Source: Selaginella moellendorffii
Lineage: Eukaryota; Plantae; Lycopodiophyta
Direction of reading: 5' to 3'
DNA: 64,000 bases
Assembly: GCF_000143415.4 (NCBI RefSeq)
Contig: NW_003314426.1
Location: 124,001-188,000, forward strand
Both the position numbers and the translations under genes were made by a program. Of this stretch, positions 1-16,261 are shown piece after piece. The stretch's first letter is position 1; the number at the start of each line of letters is the position of its first letter. The notes under the pieces were generated by a model. The model was not told the origin of the DNA, did not search any database, and saw nothing but the letters and a program-made list of their open reading frames with translations.

Positions 1-1547
1 CTGATGTGCGCATTCTAGGCTCCAGCCGTTGGATAAGTGCAGTAACGACTCCTCAATCTCTTTTGTGCTTTCAGCAACGACTCACAATGTTAACACTGAC
101 CAGAGTCCACCATGGAGAGGAAGAGAGCTGCTGGTCCGAAGAAACTACACACTCAGAAGCGATCCGACGTCATGCTCGAAAGGACCCGCCCACTGGATCC
201 GATTAACCGAGCTCGATCAGGTTGGTCAAAACTTGAAACATCTGCACTTGTCTGACGAAGATCCTCGTTGAAGCAGGAGCAGGAGAAACTGATCATGATG
301 CATCCGCGTTGCAGGCTGCTCCTGACGCTGGTACGAAGAATTCCTTTTGTTGGCTGACACGACTCTTTGCTGGTTTGATTCATGACTTGCAGAATATGTT
401 CGGCAATTCCTCGCAATGGCGCAACGCTTGGAGAGATTCAAGATGCTCTCGGCGAATGTTGTGACCGGGATCGTGGAATCGATCCAAAAGGGAGGGGAGA
501 CTCCAGTTGCAGCAGCAGGTGGATACAATAATTTCTCTCTTTGGCATCTTTTCGCTTCTGAGTGGCCCCTTGTCTCTCTTGTCCAGGCCGCTTCTGCAGC
601 AGCTACGAAGTGCTCGCTTGTGTTGGCCAGGGGGCGTCCGGGAAAGTATACAAGTGCCGTAGCAAGGAGGACGAACAAATCTACGCCATCAAAGTCATCA
701 AGGTTCGCACAGCAACGAAGTCCAGAGACCAGGATGTCGCGCTCGTCTTCAAGGAGGGAGAGATGCTCCAGCGCTGCGAACACCCCAACATAGTCAAATA
801 CTTCGACATGTGGAAGGAGGAAGGCGAGCCGGGCAAGTCGAAAGTGTACATTGTCATGGAGTTTTGTGGCCGCTCGCTCCAGTCGGTGCTCCTCGGCGGT
901 GAGTCACCACCTGCAGATGCGTTTAGGCAGCTTCTTCAAGCTGTGGCGCATGTGCACGGCAACGTGGGTGTTCATCGGGATATAGCACCACACAACATCT
1001 TCGTCACAGACGATGGACGCATCAAGCTGGGAGATTTCGGTCTTGGTAGGCAAATGAAACATCTCTTCCATCTCTCATTTGTTGGCTTACAGCTAAAAAT
1101 AAGGAGTCCATGCTCGAGAATGAAATATCAAGAAGGGGAGAGCAGTTTACTACTCTCCCCAGCGCCGGAGCAACTCAACCTACACTGACATGCTTGCGCT
1201 TGGAGTTATACTCTTCGAACTTCATTGGAGGTGTCCCCCGGACCAGGTTTGGCTGCAGTTTGTGCAACGTGCTTGCTTAGTTTGGTGAATCTGTGTAGGA
1301 AAGGGAGTCGGTATTGATTGACGTCCGGGATGGCGTTTTACCAGCAGACTGGGCGTACCAACACCCATCAATTGCGCCCAAGGTGTTGGAGCTGGTCGCA
1401 GCAAGACGCGACCAGCGTCCATCCGCGCGCGACATCCTCTGCGATCCTGCCTGGCAATCTGTTTGGTGAGTTTCTTTCATTACTCTGATTCTCTGCTTGG
1501 CTTCTAACATGTCTGTTTGCAGCTGATCGTTGTAGTTGTTTAGATTT
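1..1547 (+). pseudogene. Ser/Thr protein kinase gene, copy 1 (multi-exon, frameshifted)
   Basis: Motifs GQGASGKV, YAIKVI, HRDIAPHN, DFG; intron 1046-1091. It is 1 bp shorter than copy 2 near 1120 (gagaatgaaatatc vs gagaccgaaaatatc), which shifts subdomains VIII-IX out of frame. Ends at an assembly gap. Confidence 0.8.
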
Positions 1548-1689
1548 NNNNNNNNNNNNNNNNNNNNNNNNNNNNNNNNNNNNNNNNNNNNNNNNNNNNN
1601 NNNNNNNNNNNNNNNNNNNNNNNNNNNNNNNNNNNNNNNNNNNNNNNATCGCACCCTTGCTGTAAAAAAAATTGGCATCAAAGAATAAA

Positions 1690-1955
1690 AACGTTTTCCT
1701 ACAGGCCTTTCTGAATTGAATCCAAGGAACCTGGAAGTCAAAACAAGAGAGTAGCTTCAGAACACTCAAAAGCTCACCCCTGCAAGTTCTGTTGTGGTAC
1801 AGGGTGAATGAGTTCCCCTTTTTTGACGAGTCTGCAAAATTATAGAAAGGATGAGTCAAATGGAGAGAGAGAGAAATATATACATATATATATATGAATT
1901 GATCCAGGTTTCTTGTTTTTTTCATACCTTGAGGAACCAATCATTCAATTCCACT
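1690..1955 (-). repeat. Diverged inverted copy of 53405-53720
   Basis: e.g. cctggaagtcaaaacaagagagtagcttcagaac is the near reverse complement of gttctgaagctactctctcttgttttgacttccagg (~53650-53685). Confidence 0.85.
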
Positions 1956-2298
1956 GATTTCTTTGCATACTTGAATGCAAAGAATAACAAATAATGAAGC
2001 TAGGTGCTTGGTTAGATTGAGGCAAGTTTTCAAATAGCTAGAACAATCTTTAGCTCTTTTAAGTTGTTTAGTGTTTAACCATCATGACATCAATCTTAAA
2101 ACACATCCAGAAGTTGGATTTTGTGCCCTCTAGATTAATGATGTTAATTTTAGACTCTTTGTCAGTGTTAATCCTTGTAATTTATAGGATAATATAGAGT
2201 TTCTCAGTTTTATATTGTTTTTCAAATTTTACTTGATACTCTTCCAGTTCTAGATATGAGGCAAAATAAAGAACTTCATAGTTTTTTATATGAAAACT

Positions 2299-4650
2299 TT
2301 AAAGTTGCAAATCATTATGACTGCCATCTTCAGTCTCCTTGCCATTGGCACCAACAGTATTGACATTCTCATGGCCATCATCTTTGTCATTCGGCATGTC
2401 TTCATTGTTGCCTTTTGTAGCCTCTTGGTGGGTTGGTGTATAATCTGGCATCTCTAATTCCCAAGGACAAGCTTGCTTTATTGCCACTGGAAATTTCATT
2501 GTTGTCGGGTACATGCCTCCATCTCTCACACCATGCCTCAGGAGTCGTGTGCATACCGGTGTTTCGAGAGGAACACCTCTATATTAAAGATACCTATAAT
2601 AGAATATAAACAAATTGAGTATAGTTGAGAAATTGTATGTTACCTAAAATCCGCTCGACGCATGAAGTAAAGTTGGTCAAGTTGTTTATCAAATGGAGTC
2701 GTGCTTGTGGCCTTCTTTGGCAGCCAGTCCTCTCCGAGTTTTATAAGCTTAGTGGTGATGAAGTCTTTGAATGGAAATTGCTCAAGATCATCCTCTATAA
2801 AAGGTGCTAGACAAATCTCCCCTTCATATACAGTTTGTGAAATGTAGACGGTCCTCCTCATCACAGTCTCTATTATACTGTCTAATCCTTTTTCTCCTTC
2901 CCTGAGTCTATTTACAACATCTCAAAGTCAAAGCTTACATATGAGGAATAGATACACATTCTCAGCGACCTTAATAACACTCATCTGGAGTCTTGCCCAC
3001 TAAGAAATAACTTTTGTGAGTAACCTTCATGTAAACACAAACAATACTTACTTTCATGACAAAAAATCTTTATTATAATATCAAACCACTCCTTTGGGCG
3101 TCGAGGGTCAGCCACACTAAGTAATTTCTTTACCTTTGTCTTCTTTGTGTTATTGATTTTCTTGTCAATTGTAGCTAATGCTCAAATAGTTCTTGATCAT
3201 TTTCAGCTCGATGCGACTGTGCATATGCATCTTGCTTAACCTTCACCAATGGCTGAAGATAACACAAACATTCTATGATAAGAAATATACTTGGAAGAAC
3301 ATACCTTACTCCACATAGCTGTTATAAAAGCCATTGGATTCTTGTACCATCTATTGGCACCTTGACGACCTCGATGATGCCGAATAAGTGATTCTAAATC
3401 ATCACCATAATGGCTGCAGACTGCATCCTTGTTGAGATTGGCAAGAAACCGGATTTGCTCAATATCATGTACTAGGCTTCGTTTCTGCACTGCAAACTAT
3501 CCTAACTTGCAAAACACAAATTGTTAAAAGTGATTGAAGAGGGAGTGGTACCTATGCATTAATTTTGTGGCAAGCTATCACAAGCCTTGCCACATCTAGA
3601 GATCCTCTCGTATGTACATGTCCAACCGAAACATTGATGTGATAGACAGGATTGTCTCGGAAGCATTCATTGATGCACTTTATCTACGCACACTAGCGAT
3701 GATTCCCGTCGATAATGTAGAACATTTTCCCCACAAATTGTTGAGTCTCAAGATGGCTCATAAGCATGTTGTCAAATTTGCGGGACTTCATTTTCCAAAT
3801 GTCATCCCAAACCCTCTCGATTTCTGGTGACACCGAGAGGGTATTTGTCGTTCTTGGCTTGAAGACCGAAACAAGGAACATACCTATGTTTGTCCCAAGG
3901 CCATTATGTTTGTACAGACTATAGATGTTCATGTTGATGAAGTGTGGTGAAGCAGACCGAATGATGCTTGTCTGAGTGAATCGACATAGTGGGATTTCTC
4001 GGATTATGTCTCCCGGGCCTTCCCACTTGAGAAACTCTAGAGTCGTGTGAATGGCCTTTTCTTTGGTTCTCAAAACTGTCTCTTGGAAGCGCTTGTCTAC
4101 AATGTGTTTAAGTAACTCCACTTCTCTTTCAGCTTCAGCTACACCTCCAGTAGCACCATTATCAGATCTAGCCCTCAACTTGAGCCTAACACCCCCGTCA
4201 GGCGCACTTAGGCACTACTTTGTAATGTAGTTAGTTTCTGCCATATTTTGTGAATATGTTAAGAGTAGTGGCATTTGTGGTTGTGGCTGCAATGGTAGTG
4301 ACGACAATCGCGCTGCTGGTGGTGATGATGGTGGCGGTAGTGGTGGTAATAATGGCGATGATGGCATTGGTGGTAATGGTGGTGATGACGGTGGTGGTAA
4401 TGGTGGTGATGAAGGTAGAGGTGGCAATGGTGGTGGCAGTGGTAATGGTGGTGGTGGCATCGATGGTGGTGGTGGCAAAAATGGGGGTGCATGTGGACTA
4501 GAGCTATCTGGTTGTGAAGACGGCAGAGTTGTCGCTGTGGAAATCTCTATCTGAAGGTCAACTTGATTGTCGTCCTGGATCTCATCTTCCTCATGTCTTC
4601 TATTTGATCCAACATCCTTCTCCTTTTGTAGTTGCTTTTGTTTCTGAAAA
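2299..4650 (-). pseudogene. Decayed multi-exon gene with ParB/Srx-like domain, TE cargo-like
   Basis: ORF 3693-4178 ends in MFYIIDGNHR (ParB/Srx DGxHR motif) followed by in-frame TAG stops that look like mutated TGG; Pro-rich N-terminal segment 4250-4500; further exon-like ORFs at 3236-3490, 2640-2864 and 2299-2529. Confidence 0.55.
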
Positions 4651-4679
4651 TAATATAAATTAAAAATGCATAAGAAGCG

Positions 4680-5170
4680 AGGACTTTGGGGCGTGGACTT
4701 GGCGTAGGAGCCGGTTCGCTGGCGAACTAGCCCTCCTCCCAATGCCAAGTCCAAGTGCCCTGGCTGGGCATTTGACGCGGGCCGGTTCGCTGGCAAACCG
4801 GCCCTCCTCCCAGCACCAAGTCCAACTGCCTAGGCCGGGCACTTGACGCGGGCCGGCCAAGGTGCTTGGGGGAGGGCCGGTTCGCCAGCGAACTGGCCCG
4901 CCTTCAAGCACCTTGGCCGGCCCCGTGCAGAGTGCCTAGCCTGGGCACTTGGCACAGGCACTTGGCACGGGTGCCGGTTCGCTGGTGTACCGATGGCCTG
5001 CCCGGGTGGAGTGCCGGGCCAAATGCCCGGCCTGGGCACTTGGCAGCGGTGGTGCTGGGCAGCGGTGGCCCTGGGCAGTGGCGGCGCTGGGCATGGCATG
5101 GCGTGGGCGCGGCAGCACTGGGCATGGTGGTGATGGGCAGCGGCGGCCCTAGGCAGTGACGGCACTGGAC
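4680..5170. repeat. GC-rich repeat block (gccggttcgcYRgcRaac, gggcacttggca units)
   Basis: Recurrent short units in both orientations upstream of the ParB-like gene. Confidence 0.65.
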
Positions 5171-6099
5171 GTGGTGTGGGAGTGGAGGAGTAAAAAACTT
5201 ACTCTTGGCGGCATTCTGTTCATCGCTGATGGATCCCACAGTCACTCCCAATCTCCCACTCTCATTACATTCTGCAAATATTTTCTAGCAATGTACAATT
5301 TCTATTCTATCCTAGATTTGATCACGTGACAAAGTCCTTTTGAGTTGTAATTTAATAATGGAGGTGTGCTTTAATATGACTATGCTATAATGTGAAATAA
5401 TGTCACAAACGCATGTGTTGAATTGATGATAGTACGATATTATAAATGAGAATTATGTGTTTCTTGCAAGTAATAGTATCTTGTCAGAAAATATAAGATT
5501 ATTAAATTGTAAGGTGTTACTTCCAAAGCAATGTATATAGATAATTTACTATAGGTGATAGATGGTATTACAAAGATGGAATATATTTAAATGAGTTCAG
5601 AAGAATATGACGATTTCTGGCTTTAATGAAGTACTAAAAATATGTACAATATTTAATTTGTTTGGCAACAGTTAGTTGATGGTAGATCCTAGAATAAAAT
5701 CATTCATATCTTTCATATTATGGCATATGCTTGAGGTGATATTTCTTTCCGTTCTACCAAAAGTTAGTCCATATAATAAATTTGAGCATGTTTTTGAATT
5801 CAATGTATACAGACTTTTAATATTGTACAACATAGTCCTATATACTTCATATAGAATTTATTATAACAACATTATTCAATGTTAGATCCTAGAATAAAAT
5901 CACCCTTTCTTTTCACATAATGGCATAGCACATGTTTGAGGTGACATTTCTTTATAAAAGTTTAAAGTTCCAAAACTTAAAGGCAACAAAATGGAGAGTT
6001 TCCTTTTGCATTATCAAGATCACCCACCACTTTTTTTCTCTCAAAGTCTTATTTCAGAAAGTTTTCTTTGCCGACGTTTTGATCTTTCTCTCAGTTCTA

Positions 6100-8390
6100 T
6101 TTCATTGGAGGCTGTGATTCGCAACAACATTGGTGTAGTTGAACAATCGGAGTTTCTTCTTTTAGGTGTAGGTGAAGGTGGACAACATTGGGATTTGCAA
6201 CATTCCAAGTCAAAGGAGATTCGAGTTTTTGGATCTCCAATCAAAGTGCAAGGCTGCAATCCTGCTAAAGTGAATGTGAAGCAAGATTCGGTCGTCATCA
6301 TTTCTTCCTATTCTAGTTCTAATGGAGATTTTAGTCTAGTGCAAGCTAAGAATTTCCAAACTCGAACTTCACTGATATTCAAAGTTGTTTGCAATGCTTT
6401 CCAGTTTTCGCACCTCTCTATCGTGTGTTCCTTTCTGGATAGGCCCGTTAGCGAGCTCCCATCTACATACAATGGCAATATCTTCTTTGAACTACCACCT
6501 TTTGTCAGCTCAAAACAAAAGGGGATGGAGACGAAGCAGGACTTTCACAACTGGTGCAAGATTAAGACCACACATTTCCAGCATTTCAAAGGCACAGTGT
6601 CCATGGTTCATTGTGGTGGGTATTTGGATTGTGTGAATAAAGCATGCAATTGAGAGCGTGGTAAAAAACTCCATATTTTTTGAAGGATCTGCAACCAATC
6701 CTCTCATCTGTGACATCATTGGTGTTGGATTCAAGTGTCAGTTTTGCAAGAATGCTCCATTGTGTTGTGCCATCTATAGGGCCAAGATGTACTATTTTCT
6801 TCCATGGGATGGAGAGGCTGGTAGAGTTGCAGTATATATTGGCATGCACACACATCCAATGCAGGAAGGGATACAAGGGAGTTCAGTCAACCGTTTCAAA
6901 GATGCAATGCAAATAGAAACTGTAAGAAACTCATCTGCAACTCTAAAGCATGTTCAAAAGACAGTGCTCAAGGATTTTATCACAAGCACTTGATCCAGAC
7001 TGCAAGAATACTCAACTGGATGAGACTAGCTTACGGGAGTTACTACGACATGTGCAACTTGCAACTAGCCTCAGGAGGTATGAAAATATTATTATATACT
7101 TTTCAATAATATCTCTCTTACATTTTGTTTTATTTAGGATAAAATCTTGGATGTGTGAATCTCGAGAGGGGAAACTCCAATAAAAAATCAACTCAATCCT
7201 TGAACTAAAATGGATTTATCCCTACGAGTTTATCCACCTTATCAAGCCAGACTTCCAATTAGCATTTAAAGAGTTGTGCAAACAATGGCAGGTTGTACCT
7301 TCTGAAGAAGAGCACAAAGCAAAAACAAACAAGATTTGAATGTGGTGGCATAAAAATAGCCATACTGACGTAAGTTGTCTACCACAACTTGAGTCATGGT
7401 TGGGGTGGTGGGAAGTTAGAATGTTCCAATGGGGACATCACTCTTTTCAGATTGGTTTTTCATTTTTTCCTCTCTTTTTATTGCTTTTTAATATCATCTT
7501 TTTATAAGGATCAACTACTTAAAGATCTTGCATACACCCCAACTTTGAATCTCTCAAAGAGTAAATATTGGAGTTGGCATTCCTCTGAGGCAGGGAAAGG
7601 GAAAATGAGTTTATATGAAGCATGTCTATCAAATTTGATACACGTTGTAGAGCAGCCTTCAAAAGCCTTGGCATTTGAGGAAGGAAGATACATGGGAACA
7701 GGACTTTCGGTTGAGATGTTACAAGAAGAAAGTGACTCCACCAGCACAAACAGTGGCAACTGCAGTGGAGGAAGTGGTCTGTGGAACATCTATGGAGTAC
7801 ACTCCCCGGGCTTCTATTGGTGATNNNNNNNNNNNNNNNNNNNNNNNNNNNNNNNNNNNNNNNNNNNNNNNNNNNNNNNNNNNNNNNNNNNNNNNNNNNN
7901 NNNNNNNNNNNNNNNNNNNNNNNNNNNNNNNNNNNNNNNNNNNNNNNNNNNNNNNNNNNNNNNNNNNNNNNNNNNNNNNNNNNNNNNNNNNNNNNNNNNN
8001 NNNNNNNNNNNNNNNNNNNNNNNNNNNNNNNNNNNNNNNNNNNNNNNNNNNNNNNNNNNNNNNNNNNNNNNNNNNNNNNNNNNNNNNNNNNNNNNNNNNN
8101 NNNNNNNNNNNNNNNNNNNNNNNNNNNNNNNNNNNNNNNNNNNNNNNNNNNNNNNNNNNNNNNNNNNNNNNNNNNNNNNNNNNNNNNNNNNNNNNNNNNN
8201 NNNNNNNNNNNNNNNNNNNNNNNNNNNNNNNNNNNNNNNNNNNNNNNNNNNNNNNACCTGATGCAGTACCTAAAGAATGGCCGGTTGCTAATGGGGTTGC
8301 GCTCACCTCGGATGAGATTGAAAACCTTGAGAAATTTGGTTTTAATCTTGAAAGGTAAGGCAGTTAAATTTATTGGTACCATCTCCAAGT
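6100..8390 (+). pseudogene. Decayed transposase-like gene with Cys/His Zn-binding (GCM-like) domain
   Basis: HCGGYLDCVNKAC...CQFC...IGMHTHP cluster and PTLNLSKSKYWSW...SLYEA segment; in-frame stops, probable introns and an N-gap. Confidence 0.45.
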
Positions 8391-8719
8391 AGAAGCAAGG
8401 TAAAATAAACTTGGCTCAAACACTTGAGTATGAGATTCTCTCCACAAAGTACATCATTGCGTTTGCAAAGGAGTACATAGTCAAAACAAAAGGTGGAGAG
8501 TACATAATCTTGTTGTAGAGTAACTAATAGAGCAACAATAGTATGCATAGCATTTTTAGTTTACTTTAGAAAATATAGTGTAAAGCATATACCTAAAATA
8601 TTTAATATATAATAAAATATTCCTCATTCTAAGGGTTATAATTTCTTGCTGTTAAACTTTTCTATAATTCATTTTTATCAAGATTTAATTCTAATATTCT
8701 TGGGGGATGGGGAGGGGGG

Positions 8720-12020
<3,301 letters not shown>

Positions 12021-12694
12021 TAGAACGATGATAAAACCCAGAAGATTGATGATAAAGGCATGCTTATCAACCATAATTATAACAACTATTGCCCAAACCA
12101 CCATAAGAATGAAATGAATTTTATTAAAAAGAGAACCACTTATTTGAAACATGAGCATTAATAGATGGTGACTGAGAGTAAAGTGTCGGGGGAAGCATAT
12201 TGAACAACAATTCTAATCACAAATTGCAGTAAGAGCAATCTTAAAATTATAATGATCATTCATCATAAGATTAGTAACCACAATAGAATACTTTAAAGGA
12301 AGAGTGTTCAAAAACCAAAGAAAGCAATCCTCAAGGGTAAGAGTCATATCTCAGCTGTAAGTCTAGTTGTATTATATAGCCTTTGTGATATTCCTTGGAT
12401 CTATAATCCTTAGGTGAAAACTTGATGAAGTTCTTTGGTGTAGTTTGGATTGCGATTGCGACTAATTGCGCTAGTCTGCTGTTGTAGTTGCAAAATGACA
12501 AAGGGCTTTTGATGTCATTGATCTTGTGTTGGTACAGTAATTCTCACCCTAGAACAAGCTACCAAACACAAGAATCAATTAAAAACTAACTTGAGATCTT
12601 CAATGCTCAAGAAGGCTCATGCAAATGGTTGTGAGTAACAATAGGCTTGATATTACTAAAATACTCCAAGTCGTGAGAAAATGGATGTGCATTG

Positions 12695-13853
12695 TGTAAG
12701 GAACCAACTCGCCGAGGTGTCGTAGGCTAAAGGAACCCCAAAAGCATGACCAAAATGACAAAGAGTTCATCGGATGGGACCAAGTCGAAGATCGAGTCCA
12801 AGACCGACTCTAGGACCGAGTTCGAGATCGAGTCCGGAATCGAGTCCAAGACCGACTTGGGGACCGAGTTCGAGTCCGAGTTCGAGACCAAGTTCGAGAC
12901 GGAGTCCGAGATCCAAAATCGGGTCCGAGACCGAGTCCGAGGTCGAGTCCGAGGTCGGGTCCGAGATCGGGTCCGAGATCGAGTCCAAGATCGAGTCCGA
13001 AACCGAATCCGAAGTCAGATCCGAAATCGGGTCCGAGATCGAGCCAGAGACTAAGTCCAAATACTAATACGGGTCAAGGGGTGAAAGCCCAAAGCGTGCG
13101 TCTCCCGGGGGGGGGGGGGGTTGCAGGGGGTTCCAAAAGTATAGTAGGGATAGTGAGGTCCAGGAACCAGTTTTGAAGGGACTCTCCAGTTGGGCTTCCA
13201 AACCGACTTGAGGTTGAGACTGGGACCGAGGGGCCTTGGGTGGGAGTGAGCATGGACTTGGCTGGTGCCGGAGGGCCCATCCAAGGAAGTGCTCAAGAGC
13301 AGCTCCCACTCCCGAAAGGGAAACCGATTGCAGTGCTCCCGGCTCATGTGGAGTGGTGCCCCACTTGAGTACCATGCGGCTCATTGGTCCTCGCCCTTCC
13401 TAGGGGCTTGGGCCTTCCTTCGGGATGGAAGTGGTGGAAGTGGGGGGCGAGAGGTACCCATACCGGGCCGCTAGGCCACGGTGTTTTGCCCCGGCGTCCC
13501 GAAGCAAGTGTTGCACTCAAGACTTGGGATTTAGAGGGTCCTATGATCAAGTCTTGTGGTACCAAAGGATGTTAGGAACCTGGAAGCTTGGTGTGCTTGG
13601 CTGCTTGTGCTTGCGGGGAGTGTAGCCGAACCTTAAGTCCAGTCTAACCCGGGGAGGGGGATTGGGAGTGATTTGGGAATCCGTGGATGGATGGCTAACA
13701 CTCCGTTGCTCGTGCAGTGAGTAGCTGAAACCAAGTAGGAGCTGGTACCATAGGCGAGAACCTTGGCAAGGGAACTTAGCAAAAGCCAAGACAGTGTTGG
13801 ACAGATAGTCGAGGTAAGCTGGCAAATTGGAAAGGAAAAATTTGTGGCTTACA
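12695..13853 (+). repeat. 5' LTR, containing a CGAGTC/CGAGAT hexamer array
   Basis: Near-identical to 40158-41282. Confidence 0.95.
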
Positions 13854-13912
13854 ATTTGGTATCGGAGCCTTTATCTCAGTTCTAGCGAAGGATAGAGGCG
13901 GATTGCTGGGAG

Positions 13913-14632
13913 ATGGCAAGGGCAGGGCATAAGCGAACCCAGGCGGAGACGAAACCTCCGCCGGAGCTGGAGCCTCCAGTCGAACAAGAGGCTATGGATG
14001 AGGAATCCTTGCATGAGGAGGACTCTAGTGAGGAAACTTCCAAACAGGAGTCCGGTGGCGAGGTTCGGTCGTCCAAGGCTCAATTGGACGTGCTAGAAGG
14101 ACAGTTGGCACAGACCAATGCCCTGTTGGAAACTCTCGTACGCAAGCTAAAGTGTGACGAGAGGCGGAAGAAAAAGAAAAAGACTGCGGATGCTGGCAGC
14201 GCAGAAGGTGCGGATCTTTCGGCCGGGACTGAGGCAAAACCAGACAAGGTCGAACAGACCGAAGTAGAATCAGTCCCTCAGGCAGTTCCCAAGTACAAAC
14301 CAAAGCCCCCACCGGTCTTCAAGGGAGTGAACGACTATAAAGTGGTGGAGGATTGGTTTTACGATATGGAGGACTACTTCCGAGCGTTGCGATTACCGAG
14401 CTCGGAGAAGGTCCCATGTGCAAAACCATACTTGGCAGATAATGCCAAGTCTTGGTGGAGAACGACAGAGGCCAACGAAGGACCAGTGGCCACTTGGGAC
14501 ATGATGAAGGCGAGGATCCGCGCAACATACGTTCCTCCGAATGCCACTCTGCATCTGAGAGATGAGCTGAGTAGGCTGAAGCAGACTGGAACCATCCAGG
14601 AATATGTGAATGGGTTCATGGCAAAGAGGATA
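13913..14632 (+). CDS. gag: gag, 5' part (interrupted)
   Basis: Retrotransposon gag motifs (AKSWW, LKQTGTIQEY). Removing the insertion and one GATA restores [11 protein letters not shown] in frame with 35702 onward. Confidence 0.9.
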
Positions 14633-16261
14633 AAGCTCTATTTCATTAAAGTGGGATTTATTCAGTAAAATGGGACTAGGTACAAATTTTCAAGTATTTG
14701 AAAATGACGTGAAATTATATGTTTTTTGTCTAGGGGCTAGACATATCTGGGGCATGGTGACTAGCGCGGTGACCTTATGTCCAGATTGAGTCCATCTAGT
14801 TGTATAATAAATCTCATTGTCAAGGTGAACAAGCCGAATCTGAAGCTAAAGAAGAGCGATGGCATGCGCGCACACACTATTTGTTTGTTCATTGAGCGTG
14901 TGGTGAGCTTTCCAAGATGAACATCATTCCTATTAGCCAGACATATAACTTAATGGTGAGAACATTTAGATATTATTCAATGTTATCTTTTTCTAACGAA
15001 TCTAATTGTGAAGGTGTAGCAAGAGGCATTGCTAGTCTGGAGAAGTCATTTAACTCATTTGACCCTTAGTGTATTTTCATGAAACTAAATAACATTCATA
15101 TTATTAAGGAATTTCTCTAGTACCTTTTTTTTACGACATAGAGGCTTGCATTTCTTTCAAAGGTGATTTAGTAAAAGGCCTGAGGGCACATGCCATTCTA
15201 TTTCTCAGACCGGTATTAAGATATACTAGTGCAAAGGGAAAAAGGTATTTGGTGATCAAGTAAATGGCATGAGGGCACACGCCATTATAAGCCTAAGCGC
15301 TAGTGGACACCTCCTTTTTGGTACTCTCAGCGGTACTATCATCCTTCTCTGGGTCAGTTGTTTTGCTTTGGATTGTTGTCTCTGACGTTACTGGGGCGTT
15401 CTCGATAGTTGTTAATGTTGCCGTTTGTTCAGAAAAATGATCACCTGGAGTATAGTACGGGGAGTTTGGAAGACTTATATATTCTACATCTTCACCTATC
15501 TCCTTCTCCGTCTCCTTTTCTGCCTCACTTACAGATTTTGTGCTTGCCATGAGAACGCTCTTCACCCTAAAATATGGAGTTCGTTGTGTTATAAAAGGAA
15601 ACCAACACACACGCTGCAAGGGAATGATGGTACATAAAGCACGTAAGCCCACAATATGGGTTTATGTGCCATTAATATGGGCCACACGCCATATTATTAG
15701 ATTTATGCACGTGTGATTGGTAAATGCATATGTCACATCATCTTTGTTTTACCTCACACACTATATCAGGCCTAATGAACCATATCACATGTGCGCACAT
15801 GCTATATATATGGAGAAGTATTATGCAAGGATAGAAATTCAATGCATGATTGTGGAGAGCAATGGCATGAAGCCACATGCTAAATAACATTTTAGAGAAA
15901 GAATTAAAATAAAAACATGCAAACAGTACTAAGTGGACCAAGACTTAGAAGTGCACAATTGAATGAGGTATTTCTAATAAATACTTCACTCACCTCATAT
16001 AGGAATGGCTACCACTCTCAAATGGCGTATCGCCTCATGCCATCACCTCGCAATTTGTTATAACAATCCGATGAATTCATATTTGGCTTGTTCACCTTGA
16101 ACTTTAAGTAAGATTTGCTAGAACAACTAAGAATTTATACTTGTTATTTGTATCATCTCACCTAGGAATGGCGTAAGGCCACATGCCATCACGCCTCCTC
16201 TGATTCAGATTCGGATTGTTCACCTTGAAATAAAATACATTAGAAACTTAGTAAAGGAATA

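Noticed and set aside
4250-4501. His-rich or Val/Met-rich small proteins
   Set aside because: Alternative frames of a Pro-rich low-complexity tract
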